Source: Candidatus Latescibacterota bacterium
GTDB taxonomy: Bacteria; Latescibacterota; UBA2968; UBA8231
Direction of reading: 5' to 3'
NCBI GenBank assembly: GCA_965223905.1
Contig: CBDCXV010000001.1
Location: 288,001 to 352,000 of the forward strand
Length of the DNA: 64,000 bases
A program made the translations under genes and the position numbers. Positions 1-11,034 of the stretch are shown here, piece after piece; the stretch's first letter is position 1, and each line of letters starts with the position of its first letter. The notes under the pieces were generated by a model, which saw only the letters and a list, made by a program, of their open reading frames with translations, ran no database searches and was not told the origin of the DNA.

Positions 1-186
1 GTGCGCATGTATCACATCGCAGACCCGGACCACTCGATTTTCATGGTGCGGCCCGACCTCAGCCGCATCATTCCCATGAGCTACGACTCGCCGATTTCGA
101 CCTCCTACTGGGACGACGACGGCAGCCCCGAGTACCGGGCGATGTTCGCGCGCCTCGGGCGCGAGCAGATGGTGCTGGAGAAATAG
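1..186 (+). CDS. 3' end of a protein truncated by the window edge, function unknown
   Basis: Open frame from base 1 to TAG with GC3-rich codons; no recognisable motif. Confidence 0.5.
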   Translation: MRMYHIADPDHSIFMVRPDLSRIIPMSYDSPISTSYWDDDGSPEYRAMFARLGREQMVLEK

Positions 187-212
187 GCTCGCGCATTGGG
201 TAACCAAAAAAA

Positions 213-1168
213 ATGACCACCTGTTTCCGGCTTGGGTATCTGGTGTTTTTACTTGTCTTTGCCCTTGCAACACTGGCCCCGGTGTCCGCCCACATCGGAG
301 AGCGTATTTTCCCTTTTTATGAAATAGTTGACGAAAATCTGATCGATGTAACCGATGGACGGATCGACGAATGGGAAGACCTGTTCGAAGAGCCTTCCCT
401 GACCGCGCTCGTTTCACTTTCATCCCCAACCCCGCTGCCTCGGATCTTGAAAGCGATGCTCCGGCGGTGCAGTACGACCCGTCCAATCTGGACTTTCGCA
501 TCTGGCTGGGCTGGAACGACGCCAGCGAACACATCTACATAGCTGCCCAATTCGTCGACGATCGCTTTCTTCGGCGACAGCGTCGCCTACCCGGACGCAT
601 TCCTCTTTCAGATCGCATCGGTCTCTTTGTCGACGGCGATCACGACGGTTCGCCGCAAAGTGACGACACGTGCCATTACTCCGAGGACGGCGGCATCTGT
701 GACCAGGCGACCCAACTTTACGAGGCCATTCCGGTCAGCCCCGAGACCCCGAATCTGGACCTGTCCGCTACCGGCCGCTTCGGCGACTGGTGGAGCCGTC
801 CTCCTTACGGGGACGGGGGCGGCTCGGCCAACGGGGAGAACCCCACCGTCTGGGTCGTTGAATTCTACGTAACCGCATTCGACATGCTGCTCTGGAAGGA
901 GCCGGAAAACAGTCTCGTTTCAGACCTCCGTGCAGACGAAATCATAGGGTTTTCAGTTAACGTGAACGATGTCGACCTGGACAGTGACGATGGGATTAGG
1001 CGGATACAGGATTTATACGTCCTCGGGAGCTTTTCAGGTTTTCACGAGCTGCTGGGAACCCTGCAATTGTCGGATGGCATTCTTCTTCCCGCAGCCTCGG
1101 CAGGAGATGACGGGTCTGTCGCAGAAGGAACGACCTGGGGTCGCATCAAAGCCAGTCTGGCGCCGTAG
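213..1168 (+). pseudogene. Secreted CBM9-like/sugar-binding protein with C-terminal TWGRIK motif, frameshifted near 410-420
   Basis: Signal peptide in ORF 213..542 (..LAPVSA-HIGERIFP, DGRIDEWED) continues in ORF 371..1168 (DFRIWLGWN, DGDHDG, VVEFYVTAFD, EGTTWGRIKASL); one added base at ~412 would join them. Confidence 0.7.
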
Positions 1169-1212
1169 CATCCCGGCCGGGCGGCGATGATCCCTCGATC
1201 CCTCTTCGGCTC

Positions 1213-2157
<945 letters not shown>

Positions 2158-2233
2158 TCAGCTACCCTTGCAGCCCCGAAGACTGCGTTCGCCGCACCAC
2201 ACTGTCAACACGAAAACCGCCGCAACATTCCGC

Positions 2234-3227
2234 ATGAAGATCGGTACCCGCATCAGTCCCGACTGGCTGGAACGGCCGGAAGATCTGTGCTTCCTCAAGC
2301 AGATCGGAGTCGACTGCGTCGACATCACCATGCCGCTGGTTCCCGGCTATCGAGAAGCGGGCGGCCGTTTGAGCCGCGAGGGTCGAGACCAGTGCCTCGA
2401 GGTCATCGAGGGTGCCGGAATGAAAATCGAACGCATCAACAGCCTTCACGAGGAAACCCTCGACACCTTCCTGGGCCGCGACGGCTCCGAGGTCGAGCTC
2501 GAGGCCCTCGCCCATAATGCAGAGCTCTGCGGAGAGTACCGGTTTCCCGTGCTCGGAGTCCAGTGCTTTCAGGCCCACCTGTTCAGCGGGCGCCCGCGGG
2601 ATACCGTGCACTGGGTCGAAGGGCGGGGGGGGATCCCGATTCTACCGCAACGACCTCGCGAATGCTCTCGACTACCCGGTACCGGATGGCGCCCCGAGCC
2701 ATGAGGAGATATGGGAGCGCACTCTGAAGATCTTCCGAACCGTCGTTCCGATCGCCGAGAGCGCCGGCATCAAGGTGGCGATGCACGGCAACGATCCTCC
2801 GGTCCCGCGCCTGTGGGAGGTGCCGCAGATCCTCTACAACTTCGACGCCTTCGACCGGCTGTTCTCCGAAGTGCCGTCCCCAAGCAACGGCATGACGTTC
2901 TGCGTCGGCACCCGCTACGAGTCGGGAGAGGACGTGCTCGAGGGGATTCGTCGCTTCGGAGAGCAGGGGAAAATCTTCCACGTCCACTTCCGCAACGTGC
3001 ACGGAACCATTCCCGAAAACGGCTGGTACGAGGAGCGTTTCCCCGACGACGGAGATCTGGCGATGGCCGAGGTGGCCAAGGCCCTGTGGGAGATCGGCTA
3101 CGAGGGGGCCATCGACTACGATCACATCCTGAAACTTTCGACCGACGACGAGCACGGGCGCCAGTACCTGGCCTACTGCGTCGGCCACATGAAGGGGATT
3201 CTCGAAGGGCTCGCCGCCGGCAGGTGA
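2234..3227 (+). pseudogene. Mannonate dehydratase (UxuA)-like / xylose-isomerase TIM barrel protein, frameshift in the G-run at ~2625-2632
   Basis: N-half MKIGTR..LKQIGVD and C-half AMHGNDPP, NGMTFCVG, IFHVHFRNV, ERFPDDGD lie in different frames joined at a poly-G tract. Confidence 0.7.
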
Positions 3228-3252
3228 GCCGGACCCGGAATCGAGCACAGCC

Positions 3253-4641
3253 ATGACCGATATCGTCACTGACCTCAGCGACCCCCAGATTGTCGCCGCA
3301 GCCCTGCGGCGCGCCACCGAGGAGTACGTCGCCCGCCATCCGCGGTCCCGCGCTATGTTTGAGCGCGCCCGTCAATCGCTGCCGGGCGGAAACACCCGCA
3401 CCGGCGTCAACTTCGCGCCGTTTCCTCTTTACGCCGACAGCGGCGAAGGTCCCTACCTGCACGATCTCGACGGCCACCGGCTGCTCGACTTCGTCAACAA
3501 CGCGACCGCGCTGATTCTCGGGCACGCCCACCAGGACGTCGTCGAGGCGCTGCAACAGCAGGTCGCCCGCGGAACGGCTTTTTCCCGGCCGACTGCTCTC
3601 GAGGTGGAGATGGCGGAGCTGCTACGAGAGCGCATGCCGGCGCTGGAAAGAGTCCGCTTCTGCAGCTCGGGAAGCGAAGCGGTCCTAAACTGCCTGCGCG
3701 CAGCCCGCGCCGCCACCGGCAGGAGCTGGACCGCAAAGTTCGAGGGCGCCTACCACGGCATCGACGATCAGGCGCTGGTCAGCTACGCCGTTCCGGTCGG
3801 CCCCGACCTCGGGCCCGGCAACCGTCCCCGTTCGGTTCCGGGGTCAGAGGGATTGAACGCCGGCGTCGAGGACCATGTTCTCGTACTTCCGTTCAACGAA
3901 GCCGGGGTCGCGGAAAGGCTGATAGAAGAGCACGCCGGAAAGCTCGCCTCCGTCATTATCGACCCTGTCTCCACGGCAGCCGGCCTCACCCATCCAGTGG
4001 AGGGTTTTCTTAAGCGGCTCCGGACAATCACTGAACGCCACGGCATACTGTTGATCTTCGACGAGATCGTCAGCTTCCGCGCCGGCCCGGGGGGCGCGCA
4101 CACCCTCTACGGCATCCGTCCCGATCTCGTCTGCCTGGGCAAGGTCATCGCCGGTGGAACAGCCGGGGCCGCGTTCGGCGGCAAAGAAGCGGTGATGGCC
4201 CTTTTTGACCCGGGATCCGGTTCCCCGCGCATCTGGCAGTCCGGTACCTTCAACGCAAATCCCATCGCCCTCACCGCCGGCCTCGTCACCCTGCGCACCA
4301 TGACGCCGGAAGCCTACGCCGAGTTGCATGCGACGACGGATCGGATCGGCCGATCCCTGCAGGCCTTGTTCGACGAAATCGGCATTTCCGCCCGGGTGGT
4401 GACCATCGGATCCCTGTTCCGGGTCTACTTCCTGCCCGAGGTTCCCCGCGATTACCGCGAGGCAGCCCGCGACGATTCCGCCCTGCACCAGTGGCTGTTC
4501 CTCAGCCTGATCAACCGGGGCGTGTACTGGCGCAACAAGGGGATATGCGGCGTATCCCTTCCGACCGGGCCCGAGCACGTCGACTTCCTGATCGATGCGG
4601 TCCGCGGCGTTCTGACCGACGGCGACGGTCCGCTGTCGTAG
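3253..4641 (+). CDS. Class III PLP aminotransferase (glutamate-1-semialdehyde aminomutase-like)
   Basis: SGSEA, KFEGAYHG, LLIFDEIVSFR, PDLVCLGKVIAGG, SGTFNANP. Confidence 0.9.
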   Translation: MTDIVTDLSDPQIVAAALRRATEEYVARHPRSRAMFERARQSLPGGNTRTGVNFAPFPLYADSGEGPYLHDLDGHRLLDFVNNATALILGHAHQDVVEALQQQVARGTAFSRPTALEVEMAELLRERMPALERVRFCSSGSEAVLNCLRAARAATGRSWTAKFEGAYHGIDDQALVSYAVPVGPDLGPGNRPRSVPGSEGLNAGVEDHVLVLPFNEAGVAERLIEEHAGKLASVIIDPVSTAAGLTHPVEGFLKRLRTITERHGILLIFDEIVSFRAGPGGAHTLYGIRPDLVCLGKVIAGGTAGAAFGGKEAVMALFDPGSGSPRIWQSGTFNANPIALTAGLVTLRTMTPEAYAELHATTDRIGRSLQALFDEIGISARVVTIGSLFRVYFLPEVPRDYREAARDDSALHQWLFLSLINRGVYWRNKGICGVSLPTGPEHVDFLIDAVRGVLTDGDGPLS

Positions 4642-4650
4642 GAATCAGCC

Positions 4651-6150
4651 ATGTCCGGTCGTATCGCCGTCGGCTCCGTTCTCACCGAGTGCAACCACAT
4701 CGGCGGCTCCCCCATAGACCTCGACTGGTTCGAGCGCTACGATCTGCAGTACGGCGACGAAATGCTGAGCCTGGACTCCGGGGTAGTGGGCGGAGGGCTG
4801 ACGGTATTGCGGGAGTCCGGCTGCGACATCGCCCCCTTGCTGAACGCCAGCACCTGCCCGGGAGGTTACCTCACCGCCTCCTGCTACGACACCCTCAAAA
4901 GCGAGCTGCTGCACAGGCTCCGGGATGCGCTTCCTGTCGACGGCGTTCTGCTGCTGCTGCACGGCGCGGCCGCGGCCGAAGGAATCGACGACCTCGAGGG
5001 GGACCTGATCGCCGCGGTGCGCGAAAGCGTGGGGGACGAGGTCCCGATTGTCGCCACCCTCGACTTGCACGCCCACGTGTCCGCTGCCATGGTTCGCAGT
5101 GCCGACGCGCTGGTGGCATGGGAGACGTACCCTCACCGGGATGCATTCTCCACCGGGCAGCGCGGGGCCCGCCTGCTGGTCGACGCCGTCGCCGGGCGCT
5201 GCCGCCCGACCATGGCGATGGCCAAAGTGCCGGTGCTCACCGGCGGGGTCCGCGGCGCCACTGCAGCGGATGAACCGTTCGGCCGCCTGATGACCTTCGG
5301 CAAACGGTTCGAGCAGGCCGACGGAGTGCTTTCGGTCTCCGTCTTCCTCGTCCACCCCTATCTCGACGCTCCCGGAATGGGAAGCGGGGGCCTGGTCGTC
5401 ACCGATGGCGACCTCGAAAAAGCGAAAGGGCTGGCGCAACAGATTGCAGATCGATACTGGCAGGCGCGGCACGATCTCGAGCAGGAAACCCATTCCCCGG
5501 CCGAAGCGATCGAACGCGGCCTGCAAACGGCAGGCGGTCCCGTGCTGCTCGTCGAAGCGGCCGACTGCGCCGGCGGCGGAGCGAGCGGAGACAGCGTGGC
5601 GACCCTCAAGGCGCTGCTGGCCCTGGGAGACAACGCCCCGGATTCGCTGGTTCCCGTCGTCGACCCGGAGGCCGCGGCCCGCTGTCACGGGGCGGGGGTC
5701 GGCGCCGAGCTCACCCTGGATCTCGGGCACCGCCTCGATCCCAAGTGGGGAAATCCAGTGCAGGTGAGGGGGCGGATCGTGCACCTGAGTGACGGCAAGT
5801 TCCGTTATGCCGGCGGCATCTGGGACAACGTCGAGGGAGACATGGGTCCGAGCGCGGTGTTCGCCGTCGGTCGTATTCGCGTGCTTGTCAACACCCACGC
5901 CACCTACGACTGGGCGGACGAACAATTCCGCAGCGTCGGCATCGACCCGCAGGCGGCCAAGTTCGTCGTCGTGAAAAACCCCATGAACTTCCGCAACGTC
6001 TACGCCGATGTCGCGGCCGCCATCTTCATTCTCGATACCCCCGGCCCGACTCCGGCCTCGGTTCGCAACGTGGCTTTCCGCAAGCTCCAGCGTCCCTACT
6101 TCCCGGTGGACATCGACATTCCGGACTTGCGCCCGACGATTCTCAGCTGA
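4651..6150 (+). CDS. MlrC / M81 family metallopeptidase
   Basis: LLLHGAA, LDLHAHV, TYPHRD, DCAGGGA..D, DTPG motifs. Confidence 0.88.
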   Translation: MSGRIAVGSVLTECNHIGGSPIDLDWFERYDLQYGDEMLSLDSGVVGGGLTVLRESGCDIAPLLNASTCPGGYLTASCYDTLKSELLHRLRDALPVDGVLLLLHGAAAAEGIDDLEGDLIAAVRESVGDEVPIVATLDLHAHVSAAMVRSADALVAWETYPHRDAFSTGQRGARLLVDAVAGRCRPTMAMAKVPVLTGGVRGATAADEPFGRLMTFGKRFEQADGVLSVSVFLVHPYLDAPGMGSGGLVVTDGDLEKAKGLAQQIADRYWQARHDLEQETHSPAEAIERGLQTAGGPVLLVEAADCAGGGASGDSVATLKALLALGDNAPDSLVPVVDPEAAARCHGAGVGAELTLDLGHRLDPKWGNPVQVRGRIVHLSDGKFRYAGGIWDNVEGDMGPSAVFAVGRIRVLVNTHATYDWADEQFRSVGIDPQAAKFVVVKNPMNFRNVYADVAAAIFILDTPGPTPASVRNVAFRKLQRPYFPVDIDIPDLRPTILS

Positions 6151-6151
6151 C

Positions 6152-6927
6152 ATGGTTTCCAGGCAGATACTGCTTGCGATGCTGTTCCCGGCCGTTGCCG
6201 CTGCCGAAGAGGAGCGCAGAACGGCACCCATCCCCGAACCAAAAAGAGCGCAGGTCAAACCGCCTCGCGCCGTGGTCACCCTCGACTATCCGCTGGCTCG
6301 CGAGGGGACCGACCGTCTGGCCGCGGCGGTGCCTGAGCTTCTCGGGTTTTCAACACCGAAACGGGCCGCCGGGAACCGGTTTCCTGGCGCGAGGAAAGCA
6401 TGGCCGATCCGCAGTTCGCCGGAGCTTTGTTGATATACCTGACCGGCAACGCCGCTGATCTCACCGTTTCCGAGACCGCCAAATCCAGGCTGGGACAGTA
6501 CCTGAAGGGTGGCGGCCTGCTGTTCGCCGAAGACATCAGACCTGCCAACCTGCCCCCCTGGCGGCGGCGCGGAGCAGGCCTGGAAGGCACTCCTTTCGAC
6601 CGCCAGTTCAAGCAATTGGTGAAAGACCCGCAGGTGCTGGGAAACGCGGGAGCCCACTGGGAACCGATCCCCAAATCCCACTCGCTCTACGACTGCTACT
6701 TCCGCTTCTCCGACGGACCGCCTCTTTCCGCAGCGCCGATGGGGATGGTCACCCAGCTCGAAATGCTGCAGATCCGCGGCCGTGTCGGCGTCATCTTCAG
6801 CGATCTCAGTATCACCTGGGCATGGGGAGACCCCACTGCCCAAAACCACACCCTGGCGATGCAGTTCGGCGCCAACCTGCTCGTCTTCGCGATGACCCGG
6901 CACGCTGCAGGAGTTCCCCTGAGGTGA
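6152..6927 (+). pseudogene. DUF4159-domain secreted protein, frameshift in the T-run at ~6347-6350
   Basis: Signal peptide MVSRQILLAMLFPAVAAA; adding one T gives GFFNTETGRREPVSW continuing into YLTG..YLKGGGLLFAED..DLSITWAW..FGANLLVFAM. Confidence 0.7.
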
Positions 6928-8039
6928 AGCCTTACCGCGTCGCCATCATCGGCACCGGCCGTGTCGGCTACCAGTTCAGCTTCGGCGATCTTCCCGACAA
7001 TCACGCCGAGGCGGTCGCCCATCACCCGCGCTGCGAACTCGCAGCGGGTGTCAACAGGGGCCGCGAAAAGTTGGAGGCATTCGGCGACCGCTTCGGCGTC
7101 TCCGCCCTCTTCCACGACTACGAAGAGATGCTGGACCAGGTCGGTCCCGACATCTGCATCGTCGCCACGCACCCGGAACTCCACTGTGAAATGGTCGCCG
7201 CCTGCGCCGCGGCACCGGCGACCAGGGCGGTGATCTGCGAGAAGCCGATGGCCCTTTCACTGGGAGAGTGCGACCGCATGATCGCCACATGCGAAGAGAA
7301 CGATACCCTGCTGCAGATCAACCACAACCGCCGCTGGTCTCCAGAGTGGACCCTGGCCCACAGCCTGGTTCGACAAGGGGCCATCGGAGAGCTCAACGCC
7401 ATCTACTGCTGCATGGATGGCTGCAAACCGACCCCCTCCTGGCGCAGCGACAACGAAGGCCCGTTGCTTCACGATGTCACCCACTACTTCGACATGATGG
7501 ACCTGTTCGCCGGTGAGGTCGATTGGTTGTGCGGCATGGCCGAGCAGCGGCGGCGGCCCTGGGCGGTCGAGGACTTCACAGGGGCCTTCCTGAAATTCCG
7601 CAACGGCGTTACTGCTGTCTTTCAGGCCTCCGAGCTCACCGAGTACAGCGACAACGCTTTCGAGCTGCGCGGGTCGACCGGGATCATTCGCATGATCTCG
7701 GAACACGTGCAATTGTACCAGTCACATCCGGGAGATTTCGAGCCGGAAAGCGGCTTTCAGTGGAGCGCCCTGCAACCCGCCGACATCGAGCACCCGGAGC
7801 CGGCATCGAGTTATTCCGTGGCTTTGGACGAGCTGCTGGGGGCTCTCGATGCCGGAGGTTCGCTGCGAAGCGACGGAGTTGTCGGCAAGCGCTCTCTCGA
7901 GGTGGTGATGGCGATCTACGAGTCGCAACTGGCCGGCAACCGACCGGTCCTTTTCCCGGTTGCCGAGTCCGAATCAGGGGTGGAGCGGCTTCGCGCCACC
8001 GGGTGGTTCGCGCCGCGAAGCGATTCCGCTTCGGACTGA
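6924..8039 (+). CDS. Gfo/Idh/MocA family oxidoreductase
   Basis: VAIIGTGRVG Rossmann motif, CEKPM, NHNRRW, HDVTHYFD; GTG start overlaps the upstream stop. Confidence 0.9.
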   Translation: MKPYRVAIIGTGRVGYQFSFGDLPDNHAEAVAHHPRCELAAGVNRGREKLEAFGDRFGVSALFHDYEEMLDQVGPDICIVATHPELHCEMVAACAAAPATRAVICEKPMALSLGECDRMIATCEENDTLLQINHNRRWSPEWTLAHSLVRQGAIGELNAIYCCMDGCKPTPSWRSDNEGPLLHDVTHYFDMMDLFAGEVDWLCGMAEQRRRPWAVEDFTGAFLKFRNGVTAVFQASELTEYSDNAFELRGSTGIIRMISEHVQLYQSHPGDFEPESGFQWSALQPADIEHPEPASSYSVALDELLGALDAGGSLRSDGVVGKRSLEVVMAIYESQLAGNRPVLFPVAESESGVERLRATGWFAPRSDSASD

Positions 8040-8135
8040 TGCAAACTGTGGCGGCAGGGGACCAGCCTTCCGGCCGCGACCCTGCCTGATCTGCTGGGAC
8101 ACCCCTTCGTCGACATCGCCGAGAAACAAGGGCTG

Positions 8136-9113
8136 TTACGCGGTTCTGTCGGCTGCTCCCCATCGCGTCGCAACGACGGCGTCGATGAAGATCTGTCCAA
8201 GGTGGAAAGTGATGCACGGAATCGCCACCAGCCCCTTTACGTCGCTCGCCAGTACTTCTTCGGGGATGAGTGCCAGAACCGTCATCGCCACGGGCAGTGT
8301 TTTCTGGCTGGCGAGCAGCACCACCGCCTTGCGGGCAGCCACCTCTACCCCCAGGAATCCGCAGACGGCGGCATTCAGAATCAGGTAAAGGATGTGGATC
8401 GCCAGTCCCGCCGCTATGAGGACGACAAGGCTCAGAAGGGCGATCTGGGCCAGCGCCGCGGAGGACTCGCTGAATTTCATCCAGGGAACCGATATCAGGG
8501 CGAGGTTGCTGATCGACGTGATCTGCGAGCGGTGCCTGCCAACCAAGGCGGCGACAAAGCGGCGAGCGTAGCGGCCGGCCGAAAGGGGCAACAGGATTGT
8601 CAGGCAAAGCTTGAACAGCAGATCGACCGCGGATAGCTCCACCTGTCCGAGTGTTCCCAGAAGGTGGGCGAGTACGAACGGTACCGTGAAAATCCCCAGA
8701 AGGTTGGTCGCCACGGTCAGCAGCAGCGCCAGGGCTACGTTGCCGCGCGCCTGCTGCGTCAGCGCAATCCCCGACGACAGGGTGGTCGGCATGCAGCAGA
8801 ACAGGGCCAGGCCTAGCTGAAAGTCTGCCTCGACAGGGATCTTAAACGCGAGGACGACTCCGATTACCGGAGTGACGAAAAGAATCGATACAATGCCCCA
8901 CCCCGATGCGCGCCACGCTGAGAAGGCTGCCTGGATCTCGTCGGTCCGAAGCAGCAACCCCGAGCAGAAGAAAATGATGCTTACGGCGACGTACTGCGTG
9001 GGCAGGGTGCCCATGTACCTTCCTGGTTCGGGCCATGCCAGTCCGACTGCCGCCGCACACAGCAAGCCGGCAGGCAACATCTGGCGCTTAAGAAACGACA
9101 GGATTGCGCTCAT
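8136..9113 (-). CDS. Bile acid:sodium symporter (SBF-like) transporter
   Basis: Multi-TM; MPTTLSSG, ATNLLGIF, SQKTLP motifs. Confidence 0.85.
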   Translation of the reverse strand: MSAILSFLKRQMLPAGLLCAAAVGLAWPEPGRYMGTLPTQYVAVSIIFFCSGLLLRTDEIQAAFSAWRASGWGIVSILFVTPVIGVVLAFKIPVEADFQLGLALFCCMPTTLSSGIALTQQARGNVALALLLTVATNLLGIFTVPFVLAHLLGTLGQVELSAVDLLFKLCLTILLPLSAGRYARRFVAALVGRHRSQITSISNLALISVPWMKFSESSAALAQIALLSLVVLIAAGLAIHILYLILNAAVCGFLGVEVAARKAVVLLASQKTLPVAMTVLALIPEEVLASDVKGLVAIPCITFHLGQIFIDAVVATRWGAADRTA

Positions 9114-9250
9114 GCGGAGTTGCTGCGGGCCCTCACCAGCCGTAGAGAAAAACCCCCGGCCTGCGAAAAGCGAAGGAGATCGGGATTTGGTGTTGGGGTT
9201 TGGGTTGGGAAGTAAGGAAAGCCCAGCGGCTGGTACCCCCGGCTCCGGGG

Positions 9251-9733
9251 TTATTTCTCTTCAACCGGCATCAGGTCGGGCAGGGCTTGCCGGAACGCTT
9301 CGAGAAACTCGGTGGCGCGAGAATCTTCGGAGAAGAGAAACTCCAGGAAACTCAGCAGGCGGTCTCTCGCCTCCGAGCTGATCAGGTGCTCGACCTTGCA
9401 GGCGTCGATTTCGGCGTCGTCCTCGTCCATTCCCAGGCCCCGATACAGGAATTTCTGCACAACCAGTCGGGAGGCTTCGGTCTGCGAGACCACGACCATT
9501 CCCTTTTCCGTCAGTTCGAGGAAGCGGTTGTGATCCTCGGCAACGTACCCTCTTTCCTTGAGATGCTTCATCGCCGTCGAGACGCTGCCCTTGGTGATTT
9601 TCAGGTGCTGGGCGATGTCGGAGACGCGGGCGTAGCCGTGCTCCTCCCGCAGCTCGTGAACCGCCATCAGGTGGTGGGCGGCGCTGTGGGTGAGTTCGTT
9701 CTCCTCGTATCTCTTCCAGACGTCTTCGAACAT
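9251..9733 (-). CDS. DtxR/MntR family metal-dependent transcriptional regulator
   Basis: ARVSDIA..ITKGSVS HTH, LTEKG, DACKVEHLIS. Confidence 0.9.
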   Translation of the reverse strand: MFEDVWKRYEENELTHSAAHHLMAVHELREEHGYARVSDIAQHLKITKGSVSTAMKHLKERGYVAEDHNRFLELTEKGMVVVSQTEASRLVVQKFLYRGLGMDEDDAEIDACKVEHLISSEARDRLLSFLEFLFSEDSRATEFLEAFRQALPDLMPVEEK

Positions 9734-9773
9734 CGGATCGCGGCCTAGTCCATGCGCGAGGGAAGCGGCGCCA

Positions 9774-10778
9774 TCATTGAATCGCCGCCAATCGCAACAT
9801 CAGGTCTGCACATCGGTTGGCGTATCCCCACTCGTTGTCGTACCAACCGAGCACTTTCACGAGGGTACCGCCGACGACGATGGTGGACAGGGCGTCGAAT
9901 ATGCAGGATGCGGGATTGCCGATGATATCGGTCAATACAAGCGGTTCTTCGGAATATTCGAGGTATTCCTTCAGCGGTCCGGCGGCGGCGGCTCGGAATG
10001 CCACGTTTACCTCTGATGCCGAGGTCGGCCGTTCGACGACGGCTGTAAAGTCGGTCAACGAACCGTCGGGTGTGGGAACCCGGATGGAAAGGCCGTCCAG
10101 CTTGCCCCTCAGTTCCGGAATAACCTGTCCTACCGCGGCGGCGGCCCCGGTTGTTGTCGGGATCATGTTGATGCCGGCCCCGCGTGCCCGCCGCAGGTCT
10201 TTGTGGGGCTGATCGAGCACGCACTGGTCGTTGGTGTACGAGTGGATGGTATTCATCGTTCCACGAGCTATGCCGAAACGCTCGTGAAGCACTTTGACCA
10301 TCGGCGCCAGGCAGTTGGTCGTGCAGGAGGCGTTCGACACCACCCTGTGATCGGGGGAGAGATCTGCGTCGTTGACCCCCATCACGATTACCGCGTCGGC
10401 GTTCCTCGCCGGCGCCGATATGACGACCTTGCCCGCTCCAGCTTCCAGGTGAGCTGCCGCCTTGTCGCGGTTGTTGAAACGCCCCGTCGACTCGAAGGCG
10501 ATATCGATTCCCTTGGCACCCCAAGGCAGCTTTGCGGGCCGAGGTTCCCTCAACACCTCGATTTCCTGCCCGTTGACCACGAGGGCTTGGCCCTCGGCAT
10601 ACACCTCTCCCGGGAAGCGTCCGTGTGTGGAATCGTATTTCAGCAGGTGGGCCAGGGTTTCCGGATCCGCGAGATCATTGATGGCGCAGACCTCTACTCC
10701 GCGACGGGCGAAGGCGGCTTTGAGAACCAAGCGGCCGATACGGCCAAAGCCGTTGATGGCGATTCGGGTTTTTTCCAT
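9774..10778 (-). CDS. gap: Type I glyceraldehyde-3-phosphate dehydrogenase
   Basis: INGFGRIGR, SNASCTTNCL, WYDNEWGY. Confidence 0.98.
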   Translation of the reverse strand: MEKTRIAINGFGRIGRLVLKAAFARRGVEVCAINDLADPETLAHLLKYDSTHGRFPGEVYAEGQALVVNGQEIEVLREPRPAKLPWGAKGIDIAFESTGRFNNRDKAAAHLEAGAGKVVISAPARNADAVIVMGVNDADLSPDHRVVSNASCTTNCLAPMVKVLHERFGIARGTMNTIHSYTNDQCVLDQPHKDLRRARGAGINMIPTTTGAAAAVGQVIPELRGKLDGLSIRVPTPDGSLTDFTAVVERPTSASEVNVAFRAAAAGPLKEYLEYSEEPLVLTDIIGNPASCIFDALSTIVVGGTLVKVLGWYDNEWGYANRCADLMLRLAAIQ

Positions 10779-11034
10779 AGACGCGAACAGAGAACTGATG
10801 GCGCTAAAAAAAGACGCCCGCCGTGCCGCACTCCGTGACGGAGTTTTATATTCTCGGAAGGAATCTGGAAGGGCGGGGGAGTCGCCTGTCGGTGCACGAT
10901 TCTTGTCTTTTCGTAGGGTATATCCTAATGATAGCGCCGACGCCCGGCAACCCGAATCGAGGGATGCTGGAAGCGATTGTCAGCTACTGTCTCCGTTTCT
11001 ATCTTGTTGCCTTCATATCGTCACACGAAAGTTT

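Noticed and set aside
4645-6279. 544-aa antisense ORF and many other long shadow ORFs
   Set aside because: They overlap well-supported genes on the opposite strand, as expected in high-GC DNA
10462-11034. Long N-terminal extensions in the ORF track (PhyH, also rne, dnaA, ispE, frdC)
   Set aside because: They overlap neighbouring genes or promoters, and family similarity begins at downstream starts
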